This document shows, one piece after another, positions 41,898 to 52,720 of a stretch of DNA of 64,000 bases; positions within the stretch are counted from its first letter, which is position 1; each line of letters starts with the position of its first letter. The DNA is taken from contig CAVXVB010000002.1 in the NCBI GenBank assembly GCA_963765205.1, forward strand, positions 198,038 to 262,037. Reading direction: 5' to 3'. Source of the stretch: an uncultured Verrucomicrobiae bacterium. Its GTDB lineage: Bacteria > Verrucomicrobiota > Verrucomicrobiia > Opitutales > JABDGR01. Under the pieces are notes generated by a model. The model saw only the letters and a list, made by a program, of their open reading frames with translations. It did no database searches and was not told where the DNA came from. Both the position numbers and the translations under genes were made by a program.

Positions 41898-42806
41898 ATG
41901 CACCAATCCTTGCTGAAAAAAACCCTGCTGGCCGTGACTGTGGCCGGCTCGCTCGCCTGCCCGGCCCGCGCGCAATCTTCCACCCCCCTGGGCCAATTGA
42001 CGGGCACCGGCGTTGTGGCCTACGAGTCGCAATACGTCTATCGTGGTAAAAAGATTAGTGACTCCTCCATCCAGCCGACGGCCGAAATCGGCCTGACGCC
42101 CACCGCCGCGCCGAACATGAATGCTTATATCGGGGCATGGAGCAACCAGCCCATCAGCCGCCGCACGGGCGTCGGCCTCGGCGCTGTGGGACCCAACCAA
42201 CCTGATGAAATTGATATCTGGGGCGGCGTCCACTACGACTTGCTGAGCAGTTCGGACGCGCTTAAACTTTCGCTGGACGTGGGCGACATTTATTACTGGT
42301 ATCCGGAAGCGGGCGGCCACTCCCTGCCTACCGCCTACGGTAACAATGCCAGCTACACGGATGAAATCTACGGCGGCCTAACCTGGCACACCCCGTCCAT
42401 CGGCAATGGCCCCGGCCTCAACCCGTCGGTATATTATTATCACGATTGGATCCTCGATGGCGACACCGTGGAACTCTCGCTTTCAACGACGTGGGACCTC
42501 AATGGCCTGTTGGGCTTTTCCGGCTTCTCCATCAAACCGACCATCGTCGGTGGCTGGACGACCGCGACCAAGGCGCTGGGCACCCAATTGCCTCCGGGCA
42601 CGGTCAACTGGCAGAACGGCTACAAGTATTGGAAGGCCGGCTTCGAATTGGACTACAACCTCAGCCCGCTGTCCTACCTCTTCGGCGAACTCAACTACGC
42701 CGGCAATGACGATGGCAAGACCAATGGCTACGCCGGCGGTAATCCGCAATTGGGCGGCACGCCTAACAGCGTCTGGTTCGGCGGCGGCCTGAAGTTCCGT
42801 AAGTAA
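41898..42806 (+). CDS. Putative outer-membrane porin, paralog of 40628-41566
   Basis: ESQYVYRGKK, QP, DEID, YYHD.ILD, YAGNDDG, N.VWFG.GLKF shared with the upstream gene. Confidence 0.72.
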   Translation: MHQSLLKKTLLAVTVAGSLACPARAQSSTPLGQLTGTGVVAYESQYVYRGKKISDSSIQPTAEIGLTPTAAPNMNAYIGAWSNQPISRRTGVGLGAVGPNQPDEIDIWGGVHYDLLSSSDALKLSLDVGDIYYWYPEAGGHSLPTAYGNNASYTDEIYGGLTWHTPSIGNGPGLNPSVYYYHDWILDGDTVELSLSTTWDLNGLLGFSGFSIKPTIVGGWTTATKALGTQLPPGTVNWQNGYKYWKAGFELDYNLSPLSYLFGELNYAGNDDGKTNGYAGGNPQLGGTPNSVWFGGGLKFRK

Positions 42807-42846
42807 GCCACCCATGGCAGTCCGGGACTCCCGTCCTGTTTTTCCT

Positions 42847-42886
42847 GCGCGCCCGCCTCGTTTTCGAGGCGGGCGCGCGTGTTTTT
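42847..42886 (+). terminator. Intrinsic terminator
   Basis: GCGCGCCCGCCTCG-TTTT-CGAGGCGGGCGCGC then GTGTTTTT. Confidence 0.8.
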
Positions 42887-42969
42887 GCCTTCCGCCCAAT
42901 CGCGCGAAATTGCAAATTTGCCTTTGACACCGTCGCGCGACTGTCTATTTTCTTTCCTTTTTCCGCGTT

Positions 42970-43395
42970 ATGAAGACCACTCTCACCAAACCCGGCAACC
43001 ACGCCAAGTGGCATGTCGTGGACGCCAACGGCAAAGTTTTGGGCCGGCTGGCGTCCCAGATCGCGCAGATTCTGCGCGGCAAGCACAAGCCCATTTACAC
43101 GGCGAACGTGGACACGGGTGATTTCGTCGTCGTCGTCAACGCGGCCAAAGTGCGCCTCACCGGCAAGAAGGAAACCAAGAAGGAGTATATGTTCTTCACG
43201 GGCTGGGTGGGCCGGGAGCGCTACCGCAATGTCGCCCACTTTCGCCAGCACCGGCCCGAGTTTTTAATTACGAATGCCGTCAAAGGCATGATGCCCGAAA
43301 ACCGCCTCGCCGACAAGATGATGACCAAGCTCAAAGTCTATCCCGGCGCCGAGCACCCGCACGAAGCCCAACTCCCGCAGCCGCTGGCGTTGTAA
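42970..43395 (+). CDS. rplM: 50S ribosomal protein L13
   Basis: WHVVDA..LGRLAS..LRGKHKP..DTGDFVVVVNA..HPHEAQ. Confidence 0.97.
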   Translation: MKTTLTKPGNHAKWHVVDANGKVLGRLASQIAQILRGKHKPIYTANVDTGDFVVVVNAAKVRLTGKKETKKEYMFFTGWVGRERYRNVAHFRQHRPEFLITNAVKGMMPENRLADKMMTKLKVYPGAEHPHEAQLPQPLAL

Positions 43396-43426
43396 GGACC
43401 CCGTCCCGCCCCCCATCCCTTTTCCG

Positions 43427-43828
43427 ATGATCTCGAAAACCGACAACATTTTCCTCGGCACCGGCCGGCGCAAAAGCGCCACTGCCCGCGTGCGCCTGTT
43501 CCCCGGCACCGGCAAAATCACGGTCAATGACCGCGATATTGCCACGCATTTGAAAGTCGAGCGCTTCGTCAAGATGGCCACGGCCCCGCTGACCATCACC
43601 AGTCTGGCCGGTTCGTATGATGTCGTGGTCGAAGTGTCGGGCGGCGGCAACGTCGGCCAGGCCGGCGCGATTTCGCTTGGCGTGGCGCGCGCGCTGCAAC
43701 GCCTTAATCCCGAACTGCGTTCTCCGATGAAAAAAGCCGGCCTCCTCACCCGGGACGGCCGCGAAAAGGAACGCAAGAAATCGGGCCAGCCCGGCGCGCG
43801 CAAACGCTTCCAGTTCTCGAAGCGTTAA
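43427..43828 (+). CDS. rpsI: 30S ribosomal protein S9
   Basis: GTGRRKSATARV, GGG..GQAGA, ERKK, ARKRFQFSKR. Confidence 0.97.
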   Translation: MISKTDNIFLGTGRRKSATARVRLFPGTGKITVNDRDIATHLKVERFVKMATAPLTITSLAGSYDVVVEVSGGGNVGQAGAISLGVARALQRLNPELRSPMKKAGLLTRDGREKERKKSGQPGARKRFQFSKR

Positions 43829-43855
43829 TTCGGATTCGACTCCGAATCTTTGCCC

Positions 43856-43899
43856 AAGCCCTCCGGCGCGGTCTCCGCCTGGAGGGCTTTTGTTTTTTT
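43856..43899 (+). terminator. Intrinsic terminator after rpsI
   Basis: AAGCCCTCC...GGAGGGCTT followed by a T-tract. Confidence 0.85.
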
Positions 43900-43920
43900 C
43901 ATATTCCTTGCTTGGGGACT

Positions 43921-43955
43921 TTACTTCTTAATTCATAATTCTTAATTTTTACTTC
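43921..43955 (+). repeat. Orphan 5-unit heptamer array just before argC
   Basis: TTACTTC TTAATTC ATAATTC TTAATTT TTACTTC, then CC and the argC ATG. Confidence 0.8.
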
Positions 43956-43957
43956 CC

Positions 43958-44989
43958 ATGAATGTCGGCATCGTTGGCGCCTCCGGCTATTCCGGCGAAG
44001 AACTTGTGCGGCTCTTGGCCCGGCACCCGCGCGCGCGGCTGGCCAGTGTGACGTCGCGCTCGCTCGCGGGCCGGCCCGTTGCCCAAGTCCTGCCGCGTCT
44101 GCGCGGCGTGGTTGCGCCCGATTTCGTGTTTACGCCGAGCGAACCCGCCGCCCTCGCCGCCGACGCGCGGATTGAGACGTATTTCCTCGCGCTGCCGCAC
44201 GGCGTTGCCGCCGAATACGCGCGGCCCTTGCTCGCCGCGGGCAAACGGGTCATTGACCTGAGCGCCGACTTCCGCCTCAGTTCGCCGGCGACGTATCAAG
44301 AGTATTACGGCCACCCGCATCCCGCGCCGGATTTGCTGGGCGAGGCCGTTTACGCCCTGCCGGAAATCATGCGGGACGAGGCATGGAAAAAGAAGCGCCT
44401 GCTCGCCTGCCCAGGCTGCTACCCGACCAGCGTGCTGGTGCCGCTCGTTCCTCTGTTGCGCGCGGGGGTCGTCGCTTCCGCGAACATCGTGGTCAACTCT
44501 TTCAGCGGCGTTTCGGGCGCGGGCAAAAAAGCCGAGGACGACTATTTATTCGTCGAACGCGCGGAGAGCGCGAAGGCCTACGGCATCCCCAAGCACCGGC
44601 ATCTGTCGGAAATCGAGGAACAACTCTCCGCCGCCGCCGGCGCGAAGGTCATTATCCAATTCACGCCGCATCTGGCGCCGATGCGCCGGGGCATCGCCAC
44701 GACCATCATCGCGCGCGCGCTGGCTCCGGACGCTGCGGCCGTTTACACCACCTGGCGCGCAGCCTATGCCGGGCAGCCATTTGTGCAGTTGCTGGCGCCC
44801 GGCACGACGCCCGACACCGCCCATGTCACCGGCACCAACCGCATTGACCTCAGCGCGGCCCACGATCCCCGCACGGGCAATTTCGTGCTCACTTCCGCCG
44901 AAGACAACCTCCTCAAAGGCGCCAGTGGCCAGGCCGTGCAAATCTTAAATCTGATTGCGGGCTGGCCCGTCACGGAGGGCCTCTTGTAA
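43958..44989 (+). CDS. argC: N-acetyl-gamma-glutamyl-phosphate reductase
   Basis: GASGYSG, ALPHG, IDLSADFR, PGCYPT, SGVSGAG, HRH, DNLLKGASGQA. Confidence 0.96.
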   Translation: MNVGIVGASGYSGEELVRLLARHPRARLASVTSRSLAGRPVAQVLPRLRGVVAPDFVFTPSEPAALAADARIETYFLALPHGVAAEYARPLLAAGKRVIDLSADFRLSSPATYQEYYGHPHPAPDLLGEAVYALPEIMRDEAWKKKRLLACPGCYPTSVLVPLVPLLRAGVVASANIVVNSFSGVSGAGKKAEDDYLFVERAESAKAYGIPKHRHLSEIEEQLSAAAGAKVIIQFTPHLAPMRRGIATTIIARALAPDAAAVYTTWRAAYAGQPFVQLLAPGTTPDTAHVTGTNRIDLSAAHDPRTGNFVLTSAEDNLLKGASGQAVQILNLIAGWPVTEGLL

Positions 44990-45006
44990 AACAAAACTAT
45001 TTTTCC

Positions 45007-46230
45007 ATGGTCATTGAATTCATCAACGACTCCGCCGGCGTGGCCGATGCCGCCGGCTTTGCCACCGCTGCGGTCGCCGCCGACATTCGCGAAAAAGGCA
45101 CCTACCGGCTTGACCTCGCGTTGGTGTCCTCCGCCAGGCCCTGCACGGCCGCGGGTGTCTTCACTCGCAACGATGTCAAAGCCGCACCCGTGCGCGTATG
45201 CCGGGAATTGCTGGACACCGGCCAACCGCTACACGGCTTCGTCGCCAACAGCGGCAACGCCAACGCCTGCACGGGCGAGCCAGGCCTCGACGACGCGCGC
45301 GCGATGGCTGCGCGCGCTGCTGTCTCGACGCACCAGCCGCACAATTCATTTTTGGTGTGCTCCACCGGTCGCATCGGCCGCGCGATGCCGATGCCACGCA
45401 TCCTCGCCGGCATTGACCTGGCCGCCGCCGCGCTCGCCGCGACGCCCGCCGAAAGCCGCCGGGCTGCGGAGGCGATTCTCACCTCCGATACACGCCCCAA
45501 AACCTGCACCGCGCGCTTTGCGTGGGAGGGCCGTACGGTCGCCGTCGCCGCGATGGCGAAAGGCGCGGGCATGATTCAGCCGGACATGGCCACGATGCTC
45601 GCGTTCCTCTGCACCGACGTTGCCGCGCCCGCCGCGCTCCTGCGCGAGGTGCTGGCCGCCGCCGTATCGCGCACCTTCAACGCCATCACGGTGGACGGCG
45701 ACATGAGCACCAACGACACTGTGCTGTTGCTGGCTAACGGCGCGTCCGGCGTGGACTTGGCCGCCGTGCCCGCCGCCGCGCGCGCGCTGTTCGCGCAGGC
45801 TGTTGAGCAAGTTTGCGCGTGCCTTGCGGAAAAAATCGTCGGCGACGGCGAAAAAATCTCGAAGGTCGTCGAAGTCCTCGTGCGCGGCGCGCGGGACGAC
45901 GACGCGGCCGAGTGGGTCGCCCGCGCCATCGGCAATTCGTTACTGGTGAAATCCTCCTGGTTTGGCGAAGACCCGAACTGGGGCCGGGTGTTGGACGCCG
46001 CCGGCTACGCGCGGACAGGCCTAATCGAGGAAAAACTCGACATGTTTTATGATGACACGCCGGTGCTCGCACACGGCGCCGCGCAAAACCAGCATCTGGC
46101 GCGCTGGAAAGAGATCGTGCGCCAGCCGCGCTTCCGCATCGTGCTTGATCTGCGCCTCGGCACCGGCGCGTTTCGCCTGCTGGCCAGCGATTTGACCGAC
46201 GGCTACGTCAACTACAACAAAAGCGAATAA
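45007..46230 (+). CDS. argJ: Ornithine acetyltransferase / N-acetylglutamate synthase
   Basis: ANSGNANACTG, STG.IG, KGAGMI.PDMATML, VDGDMSTND, DPNWGR. Confidence 0.96.
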   Translation: MVIEFINDSAGVADAAGFATAAVAADIREKGTYRLDLALVSSARPCTAAGVFTRNDVKAAPVRVCRELLDTGQPLHGFVANSGNANACTGEPGLDDARAMAARAAVSTHQPHNSFLVCSTGRIGRAMPMPRILAGIDLAAAALAATPAESRRAAEAILTSDTRPKTCTARFAWEGRTVAVAAMAKGAGMIQPDMATMLAFLCTDVAAPAALLREVLAAAVSRTFNAITVDGDMSTNDTVLLLANGASGVDLAAVPAAARALFAQAVEQVCACLAEKIVGDGEKISKVVEVLVRGARDDDAAEWVARAIGNSLLVKSSWFGEDPNWGRVLDAAGYARTGLIEEKLDMFYDDTPVLAHGAAQNQHLARWKEIVRQPRFRIVLDLRLGTGAFRLLASDLTDGYVNYNKSE

Positions 46231-46414
46231 CCAAATCGGCGGTGGGTCATATTTTGGTTGGCTGTTGCCTGTTTTTAACAAACCTTCCCCTTGCAACCTT
46301 TCCACCGGAAAACTAATTACTCTCATTCGCCCTTGCGCCACCGCGTGACGGTGGTCATTTTCGAGGCTTCCTCAAAAATTCTTCTTTAACTTCCTTCCAC
46401 CGATTTTTTCCGCA

Positions 46415-47302
46415 ATGATTTCGGACCTCGATCCGACGACCAAGACCAGCGTGCTGCTCGAAGCGTTGCCCTACATCCAGCGCTTTCGCGGCTCGACCTT
46501 TGTCGTCAAATTTGGCGGCGCCTTCATGGACGACCCCGATCCTTCCGCGCGCTTGAGCGGCGCGACGGACCTGGCGTTCCTTGCGGCGGTCGGCATCCAG
46601 GTCGTCGTGGTGCATGGCGGAGGCAAGGCCATCACCCGCGCGATGGAATCCGCCGGCCTTACGCCCGAATTCCGCCACGGGCTGCGCGTGACAGACGCGG
46701 CGGCGATGCGCCTGGTGGATCAGACGCTCAACGGCCCGCTCAATGAGGAAATTTGCAACCTGCTCCGGCAAAAGGGCGGCCATCCGTTCGGCATGAGGGG
46801 CAACGATGTTTTTCTTTGCCAGAAGCATTTCGCGACTGGCGAAAACGGCGGGTCCATTGACCTCGGCTTCGTTGGCGAGGTGAACCACGTCAAGACCAAG
46901 CTCATCAAGAAAGCGCTGGCCGACGGTTTCACGCCGATTCTTTCGCCCGTGGCGGTGGATGAGCAGGATCAGCCCTACAACACGAACGCGGATGTCGCCG
47001 CCGGCGCAGTCGCCAGCGCCTTGCGCGCGCGGCGGCTGGTCTATTTGTGCGATGTGCCGGGGCTGCTCGCCAATCCCAATGACCCGAACAGTTTGATTTC
47101 CACCCTGCGCGCCAGCGAAGTGGCGGACTTGAAGGCCCGCAAAATCATCACCAGCGGTATGTTGCCCAAAGTGGACAGCGCGGTCAAAGCCTTGGACGAA
47201 GGCGTCCACCGCGTGCACTTTGTGGACGGCCGCCAGCCGCACAGCACCCTGCTCGAAATCTTCACCGACCAAGGCATCGGCACCGAAATCATCGGTGGGT
47301 GA
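46415..47302 (+). CDS. argB: Acetylglutamate kinase
   Basis: [42 protein letters not shown]. Confidence 0.96.
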   Translation: MISDLDPTTKTSVLLEALPYIQRFRGSTFVVKFGGAFMDDPDPSARLSGATDLAFLAAVGIQVVVVHGGGKAITRAMESAGLTPEFRHGLRVTDAAAMRLVDQTLNGPLNEEICNLLRQKGGHPFGMRGNDVFLCQKHFATGENGGSIDLGFVGEVNHVKTKLIKKALADGFTPILSPVAVDEQDQPYNTNADVAAGAVASALRARRLVYLCDVPGLLANPNDPNSLISTLRASEVADLKARKIITSGMLPKVDSAVKALDEGVHRVHFVDGRQPHSTLLEIFTDQGIGTEIIGG

Positions 47303-47401
47303 GTTTTGGCGCAGGGCTTGCTCACCGCCGACGGGCGGGGCCGCTTTCATAATTTGGTTTGGTTTTTTATTTAACCTGCTTACTTTTTCTTTTTTCCTTT
47401 C

Positions 47402-48604
47402 ATGCCAACCGAGACGACCGATTACAATTCGTATTTGCTGGGCAATTTTGCCCAGCCCGCGCTTACACTCGTGCGCGGGCAGGGTTTGCGCGCGTGGGAT
47501 TCGAACGGGCGCGAGTATCTCGACTTCGCCGCCGGCATCGCAGTAACGGGGTTGGGCCATTGCCACCCGAGGTGGGTCCGGCGTGTGCAGGAACAGGCCG
47601 CCACCCTGACCCAGTGCAGCAACTATTTTCGAAACCTGCCGCAGTTGCACTTGGCAAAAGCATTGGTTGACCGGATCGGCCCCGGCCGCATGTATTTTTG
47701 CAATTCCGGCACGGAAGCCAACGAGACGCTGCTCAAACTGGCGCGACTGCATGGCGGTGTGCGCGAAGGCGGCGTCGAAGGCCGGCGCTACAAAGTCATC
47801 TGCGCGAAAAATGCTTTTCACGGGCGGACGTTCGGCAGCATGGCGGCAACCCCGCAGGATAAAATCCAGGGCGGCTTCCGACCCATGCTCGACGGCTTTG
47901 CCTTCGGCGAACTCAACAACCTCGCGAGTTTTGAGGCGCTCGTTGATGCGCAGACCGCGGCGATTTTCGTGGAGACCATTCAGGGCGAAAGCGGTGTGCA
48001 TGCCTGCACGCCGGAGTTTTTGCGCGGCCTGCGCGCCTTGTGCGACCGCGAGCAGCTCCTGCTTATGATTGATGAAGTCCAGTGCGGCATCGGGCGCACC
48101 GGCAAGTTTCTCGCCTACGAGCACGCCGGCATCAAGGCGGACGCGGTCGGCTTGGCCAAGGGGGTCGGCGGCGGGGTGCCGCTGGCGGCGGTCTGGGTGG
48201 CGGAAAAGTATGCGCCGCTCTTTAAACCCGGCTCGCATGGCACCACCTTTGGCGGCAATCCGCTGGTTTGCGCCGCGGGCCTGGCCGTGCTCGAAGTGAT
48301 GGACCAGGAGAAACTCATCGAGAATGTCAACGCGCTCGCGCCGGATTTTCACAAAAACCTTCAGGGCCTGGCCGCGGAAGTTCCACACTTGCTGACCGAA
48401 GTACGCGGGCAAGGTTTCATGATTGGATTGCAGCTTTCCACCGACCCCACGCCCGTGGTGGCGGCGTTGCGCGAAGCCGGCCTGCTGGTGCCGGCCGCCG
48501 GCGGCAATTCCATCCGCCTGCTGCCCGCGCTGACGGCCACGCCCGCCGACCTCGCAGCCGCGCTCGCCATTTTGCGCCGTGTTTTTCAAAATTGGAAACC
48601 TTAG
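47402..48604 (+). CDS. argD: Acetylornithine aminotransferase
   Basis: DFAAGIAV, NSGTEANE, FHGRT, IQGESG, DEVQCGIGRTG, AKG, HGTTFGGNP. Confidence 0.95.
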   Translation: MPTETTDYNSYLLGNFAQPALTLVRGQGLRAWDSNGREYLDFAAGIAVTGLGHCHPRWVRRVQEQAATLTQCSNYFRNLPQLHLAKALVDRIGPGRMYFCNSGTEANETLLKLARLHGGVREGGVEGRRYKVICAKNAFHGRTFGSMAATPQDKIQGGFRPMLDGFAFGELNNLASFEALVDAQTAAIFVETIQGESGVHACTPEFLRGLRALCDREQLLLMIDEVQCGIGRTGKFLAYEHAGIKADAVGLAKGVGGGVPLAAVWVAEKYAPLFKPGSHGTTFGGNPLVCAAGLAVLEVMDQEKLIENVNALAPDFHKNLQGLAAEVPHLLTEVRGQGFMIGLQLSTDPTPVVAALREAGLLVPAAGGNSIRLLPALTATPADLAAALAILRRVFQNWKP

Positions 48605-48633
48605 CCCCCATCCAACGTTTACCCTCCCTTCCG

Positions 48634-49563
48634 ATGAAACATTTTCTCCAGGAGACCGACATTCCTGCTGACGAACTCGACGGGCTGTTCAGCCACGCCG
48701 CCCGGCTCAAGCAACAACGCGGGCGCTTTGGGGCGGACGCGCTGCGCGGGCAGTCGTGGGGCCTGTTGTTTTTCAAAAAAAGCACGCGCACCCGCGTGTC
48801 CTTCCATGTGGGCGTCGCCGAATTGGGCGGCACGCCGATCACGCTCAACGCGGATGATTTGCAAATTTCGCGCGGTGAGACGGTGGCCGACACCGCGCGG
48901 GTGCTGTCGCGCTACCTGCATGGGTTGGTCATCCGCTGCTTCGACCACCAGTTGCTCGAGGAATTTGCCCGCGCCGGGACCATTCCCATCATCAACGCGC
49001 TCTCCGATTTTCTCCATCCCTGCCAGATTTACTCTGACGTGTTCACACTCGCCGAACGCTGGAGCGAAGGCGGCGACCTCCTCGGCGCGCTCGCGGGGCG
49101 CAAGGTTGTGTTCTTCGGCGACACGGCGTGCAACGTCGCGAACTCCTGGCTGCTGGGCGGCCATCATTTCGACTTGGAAGTCGTGCTCTGCGGGCCGCCG
49201 GGCTTCGAGCCGGGCCTCGAAATCAAGGCGCTCATCAAAAACTCCGGCGGCCATTTTACCTTCACCAGCAATCCCCGGGAAGCGGCGCGGGGCGCGGATG
49301 TGTTATACACCGACGTGTGGGTCTCGATGGGCAAGGAGGCCGAGGAATCCGGCCGATTGTCGGCGCTCAAGCCCTACGCCGTGACGCGGGAATTGCTCGA
49401 CCTCGCCAAACCCGGCGCGCTCTTCATGCACTGCCTGCCCGCGCATCCCGGCCTCGAAGTCACGCAGGAAGTCCTCGACGACCCGCGCAGCATCATTTTC
49501 GACCAGGCGGAAAACCGCTTACATATGCAAAAAGCCATTTTGGAGTGGATTGTGAAGGCATAA
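48634..49563 (+). CDS. argF: Ornithine carbamoyltransferase
   Basis: KKSTRTR, INAL..HPCQ, TDVWVSMG, MHCLPA, DQAENR; start at MKHFL. Confidence 0.95.
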   Translation: MKHFLQETDIPADELDGLFSHAARLKQQRGRFGADALRGQSWGLLFFKKSTRTRVSFHVGVAELGGTPITLNADDLQISRGETVADTARVLSRYLHGLVIRCFDHQLLEEFARAGTIPIINALSDFLHPCQIYSDVFTLAERWSEGGDLLGALAGRKVVFFGDTACNVANSWLLGGHHFDLEVVLCGPPGFEPGLEIKALIKNSGGHFTFTSNPREAARGADVLYTDVWVSMGKEAEESGRLSALKPYAVTRELLDLAKPGALFMHCLPAHPGLEVTQEVLDDPRSIIFDQAENRLHMQKAILEWIVKA

Positions 49564-50030
49564 TGGAAAATGGAAGATGGAAAATGGAAAAATCAAACCA
49601 TCTCTCTCATCTCGTGAAAGAAGAACGCGGCCCTACCGCACGTTCCTATGTCTCCTTTGAGGATATGCCTGTCTGGCAGGATGCCCGGCGGTTGGTTCAG
49701 CGCGTTTACGAGCTGACCAAGCAGGCCGCCTTCGTGCGCGACCGCAGCTTTAGCGACCAGATGCGGCGGGCGGCGCTTTCAGTGATGAATAACATCGCCG
49801 AGGGTTACGAGCGAGGTTCCGAAATCGAATTGGCTCGTTATCTCTAAATTGCCAAGGGTTCCTGCGGAGAGGTGCGCTCCATGTTATACGCCGCCCAAGA
49901 CCTCAAGATGACGACCCCGGAGGCAACCACGGAAATTTATCCGTTATGCGTGGGCGTCTCGCGCCAACTCGCCGGTTTTATCCGTCATCTCGAAGCCAAG
50001 CGCGCAAAAACTTCTCGCGCCAACGGCTAA
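49563..50030 (+). pseudogene. Four-helix-bundle protein (23S-IVP/TIGR02436-like) with an in-frame TAA at 49845
   Basis: SFEDMPVWQ, DQMRRAALSVMNNIAEGYER, then YL*IAKGSCGEVRSMLY continues in frame to TAA at 50028-30. Confidence 0.88.
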
Positions 50031-50086
50031 TTTTGTCCATGTTCGCTGTCTTCCGATTTTTCTATCTTCCATTTTCCATCTTCCAT
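49563..50086. mobile_element. Putative intervening element: four-helix-bundle gene flanked by inverted heptamer arrays
   Basis: Left ATGGAAA ATGGAAG ATGGAAA ATGGAAA (49563-90); right TTTCTAT CTTCCAT TTTCCAT CTTCCAT (50059-86). Fills the argF-argG gap almost exactly. Mobility is inferred, not shown. Confidence 0.6.
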
Positions 50087-50088
50087 TC

Positions 50089-51308
<1,220 letters not shown>

Positions 51309-51327
<19 letters not shown>

Positions 51328-51380
51328 GAGGGGGGGAGGGTAGGAGTCAGGAGACAGGAGTCAGAAATCAGGAGACAGAA
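51309..51380 (+). repeat. Purine-rich heptamer array overlapping the argG stop
   Basis: GGTAGGA GGCAGAA AGTAGGA ... GTCAGGA GACAGGA GTCAGAA ATCAGGA GACAGAA. Confidence 0.85.
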
Positions 51381-51433
51381 GACTCTTGCCCAGAACGTAA
51401 ACTTTCTACACGATACCCTCCCTTCGCTGGTTT

Positions 51434-51524
51434 CAACCTGCAACCTGCAACTTGCAACTTGCAAGGAACAACTCGCACCTTGCAATCTGCACCTTGTAAC
51501 CAACAACTTGCAACCTGCAACTCA
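51434..51524 (+). repeat. 13-unit CAACYTG-type heptamer array ending just before tRNA-Leu
   Basis: CAACCTG x2, CAACTTG x2, CAAGGAA, CAACTCG, CACCTTG, CAATCTG, CACCTTG, TAACCAA, CAACTTG, CAACCTG, CAACTCA in unbroken 7-nt phase. Confidence 0.9.
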
Positions 51525-51529
51525 TTTTC

Positions 51530-51614
51530 GGCCCGATGGCGGAATTGGCAGACGCGCTGGACTCAAAATCCAGTATCCTCTAAAGATGTGTCGGTTCGAC
51601 CCCGACTCGGGCCA
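51530..51614 (+). tRNA. tRNA-Leu (CAA)
   Basis: Acceptor GGCCCGA/TCGGGCC, D-arm GCGGAATTGGCAGACGC, anticodon arm CTGGA-CTCAAAA-TCCAG, long variable arm, GTTCG T-loop; CCA not encoded. Confidence 0.95.
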
Positions 51615-51899
51615 CTTTTCTCGACTTTTGAGATAACATCGGATAGGTTTCTCAAAAGGTTCAAGCAACTCCCCGGACGCATCTCAATTTTTGGGACTTA
51701 CATACCTGACGCATACGAATGGAAATTTTCCATAAATCTAATATAATATCATTATACAACCTCTAATGATTAAAAATCAAATCATATAATCCCTCGCCCA
51801 TCCAGCCGCAAGTTTTAGAGTCTTATCATCAATCATGTTTACCGGAGTTTAGTGGATCATGTCCGCAGGGGTATAACTCTAAATTTGAGAAGGGATAGG

Positions 51900-52115
51900 T
51901 CAAATCCAGCCTTTTGCTGTGAGTTCGCCAATTAAGGTTTTCAAATCTGCGACCGGGAAAAACGGACAAAATCGGCCCCATATCCACTTCCCTAGTCGTT
52001 TGGGTTTCTTGCCTTTGATATAGTAGCCAATGCGGATTTCTTCGCCACCATTATTATCAAATTGCAATTTTTGGGCTGTAAAGAATTTATTATCAGAGTA
52101 TCCCGAACAGCGTGA
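51900..52115 (-). pseudogene. AT-rich start-less gene fragment
   Basis: Open frame ..KFFTAQKLQFDNNGGEEIRIGYYIKGKKPKRLGKWIWGRFCPFFP..KGWI* bounded upstream by TAG, no ATG; protein-like composition. Confidence 0.5.
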
Positions 52116-52253
52116 CTAGCATTGGCGTCTCAGCGGCCCCGCGCGAGAAATTCAGGCCCCCTCGATTTCAATCCGGGGCCGTCGGCAAGCGACGCCCCGC
52201 TTTGCTCATTCGCCAATCGTTGTCGACGCCCCTCGGGTGTTTTCTACGGCTCA

Positions 52254-52297
52254 ACTACAAATGTAGTCTTGACAATCATTCCAGGATTACCATTGTA
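52254..52297 (+). promoter_or_regulatory. BlaI/MecI/CopY operator boxes flanking a TTGACA -35
   Basis: ACTACA-AA-TGTAGT (52254-67) matches TACAnnTGTA; TTGACA at 52269-74; second box TACC-AT-TGTA (52288-97). Confidence 0.85.
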
Positions 52298-52306
52298 GGC
52301 CTCGTC

Positions 52307-52720
52307 ATGAAGCCGGTCTTGCGCATTTCCGACACCGAATGGGAACTCATGCGCGTGCTGTGGGCGCAGCAGCCCCTCACCGCCGCCAAGATCATCGCCC
52401 GCCTGGCCGCCCGCGACCCCACCTGGCATCCCAAGACCGCCCGCACGCTGCTGGCCCGCCTTGTGCAAAAAAGGGCGCTGGGTTACGAGCCGCGCGGCCG
52501 CGCCTTCGCCTATTCCCCGCTCGTCAGCGAGGCCGACTGCATCGCCGCCGCCAGCGAAAGCTTCCTCGACCGCGTCTTCGGCGGCTCCCTCCGCCCGATG
52601 CTCACCCACTTCGTGGAAAGCGAAAAACTCACCCCGCGCGATTTGGACGAACTGCGCGCGCTGCTCGATAAAAAATCGGCCGACCAACGGAAACCCCCAA
52701 CGAGAAAGCGGCTTCCATGA
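52307..52720 (+). CDS. BlaI/MecI/CopY family repressor
   Basis: ISDTEWELMRVLW, WHPKTARTLLARLVQK, FLDRVFGGS..LTHF. Confidence 0.93.
   Translation: MKPVLRISDTEWELMRVLWAQQPLTAAKIIARLAARDPTWHPKTARTLLARLVQKRALGYEPRGRAFAYSPLVSEADCIAAASESFLDRVFGGSLRPMLTHFVESEKLTPRDLDELRALLDKKSADQRKPPTRKRLP

Noticed and set aside
46355..48589. Long antisense ORFs (744 aa here; also 34080-35861, 14943-16556, 52510-54183)
   Set aside because: Shadows or alternative frames of well-supported GC-rich genes.
48268..48633. N-terminal extension of argF from the ORF track
   Set aside because: Overlaps argD; homology starts at MKHFL (48634).
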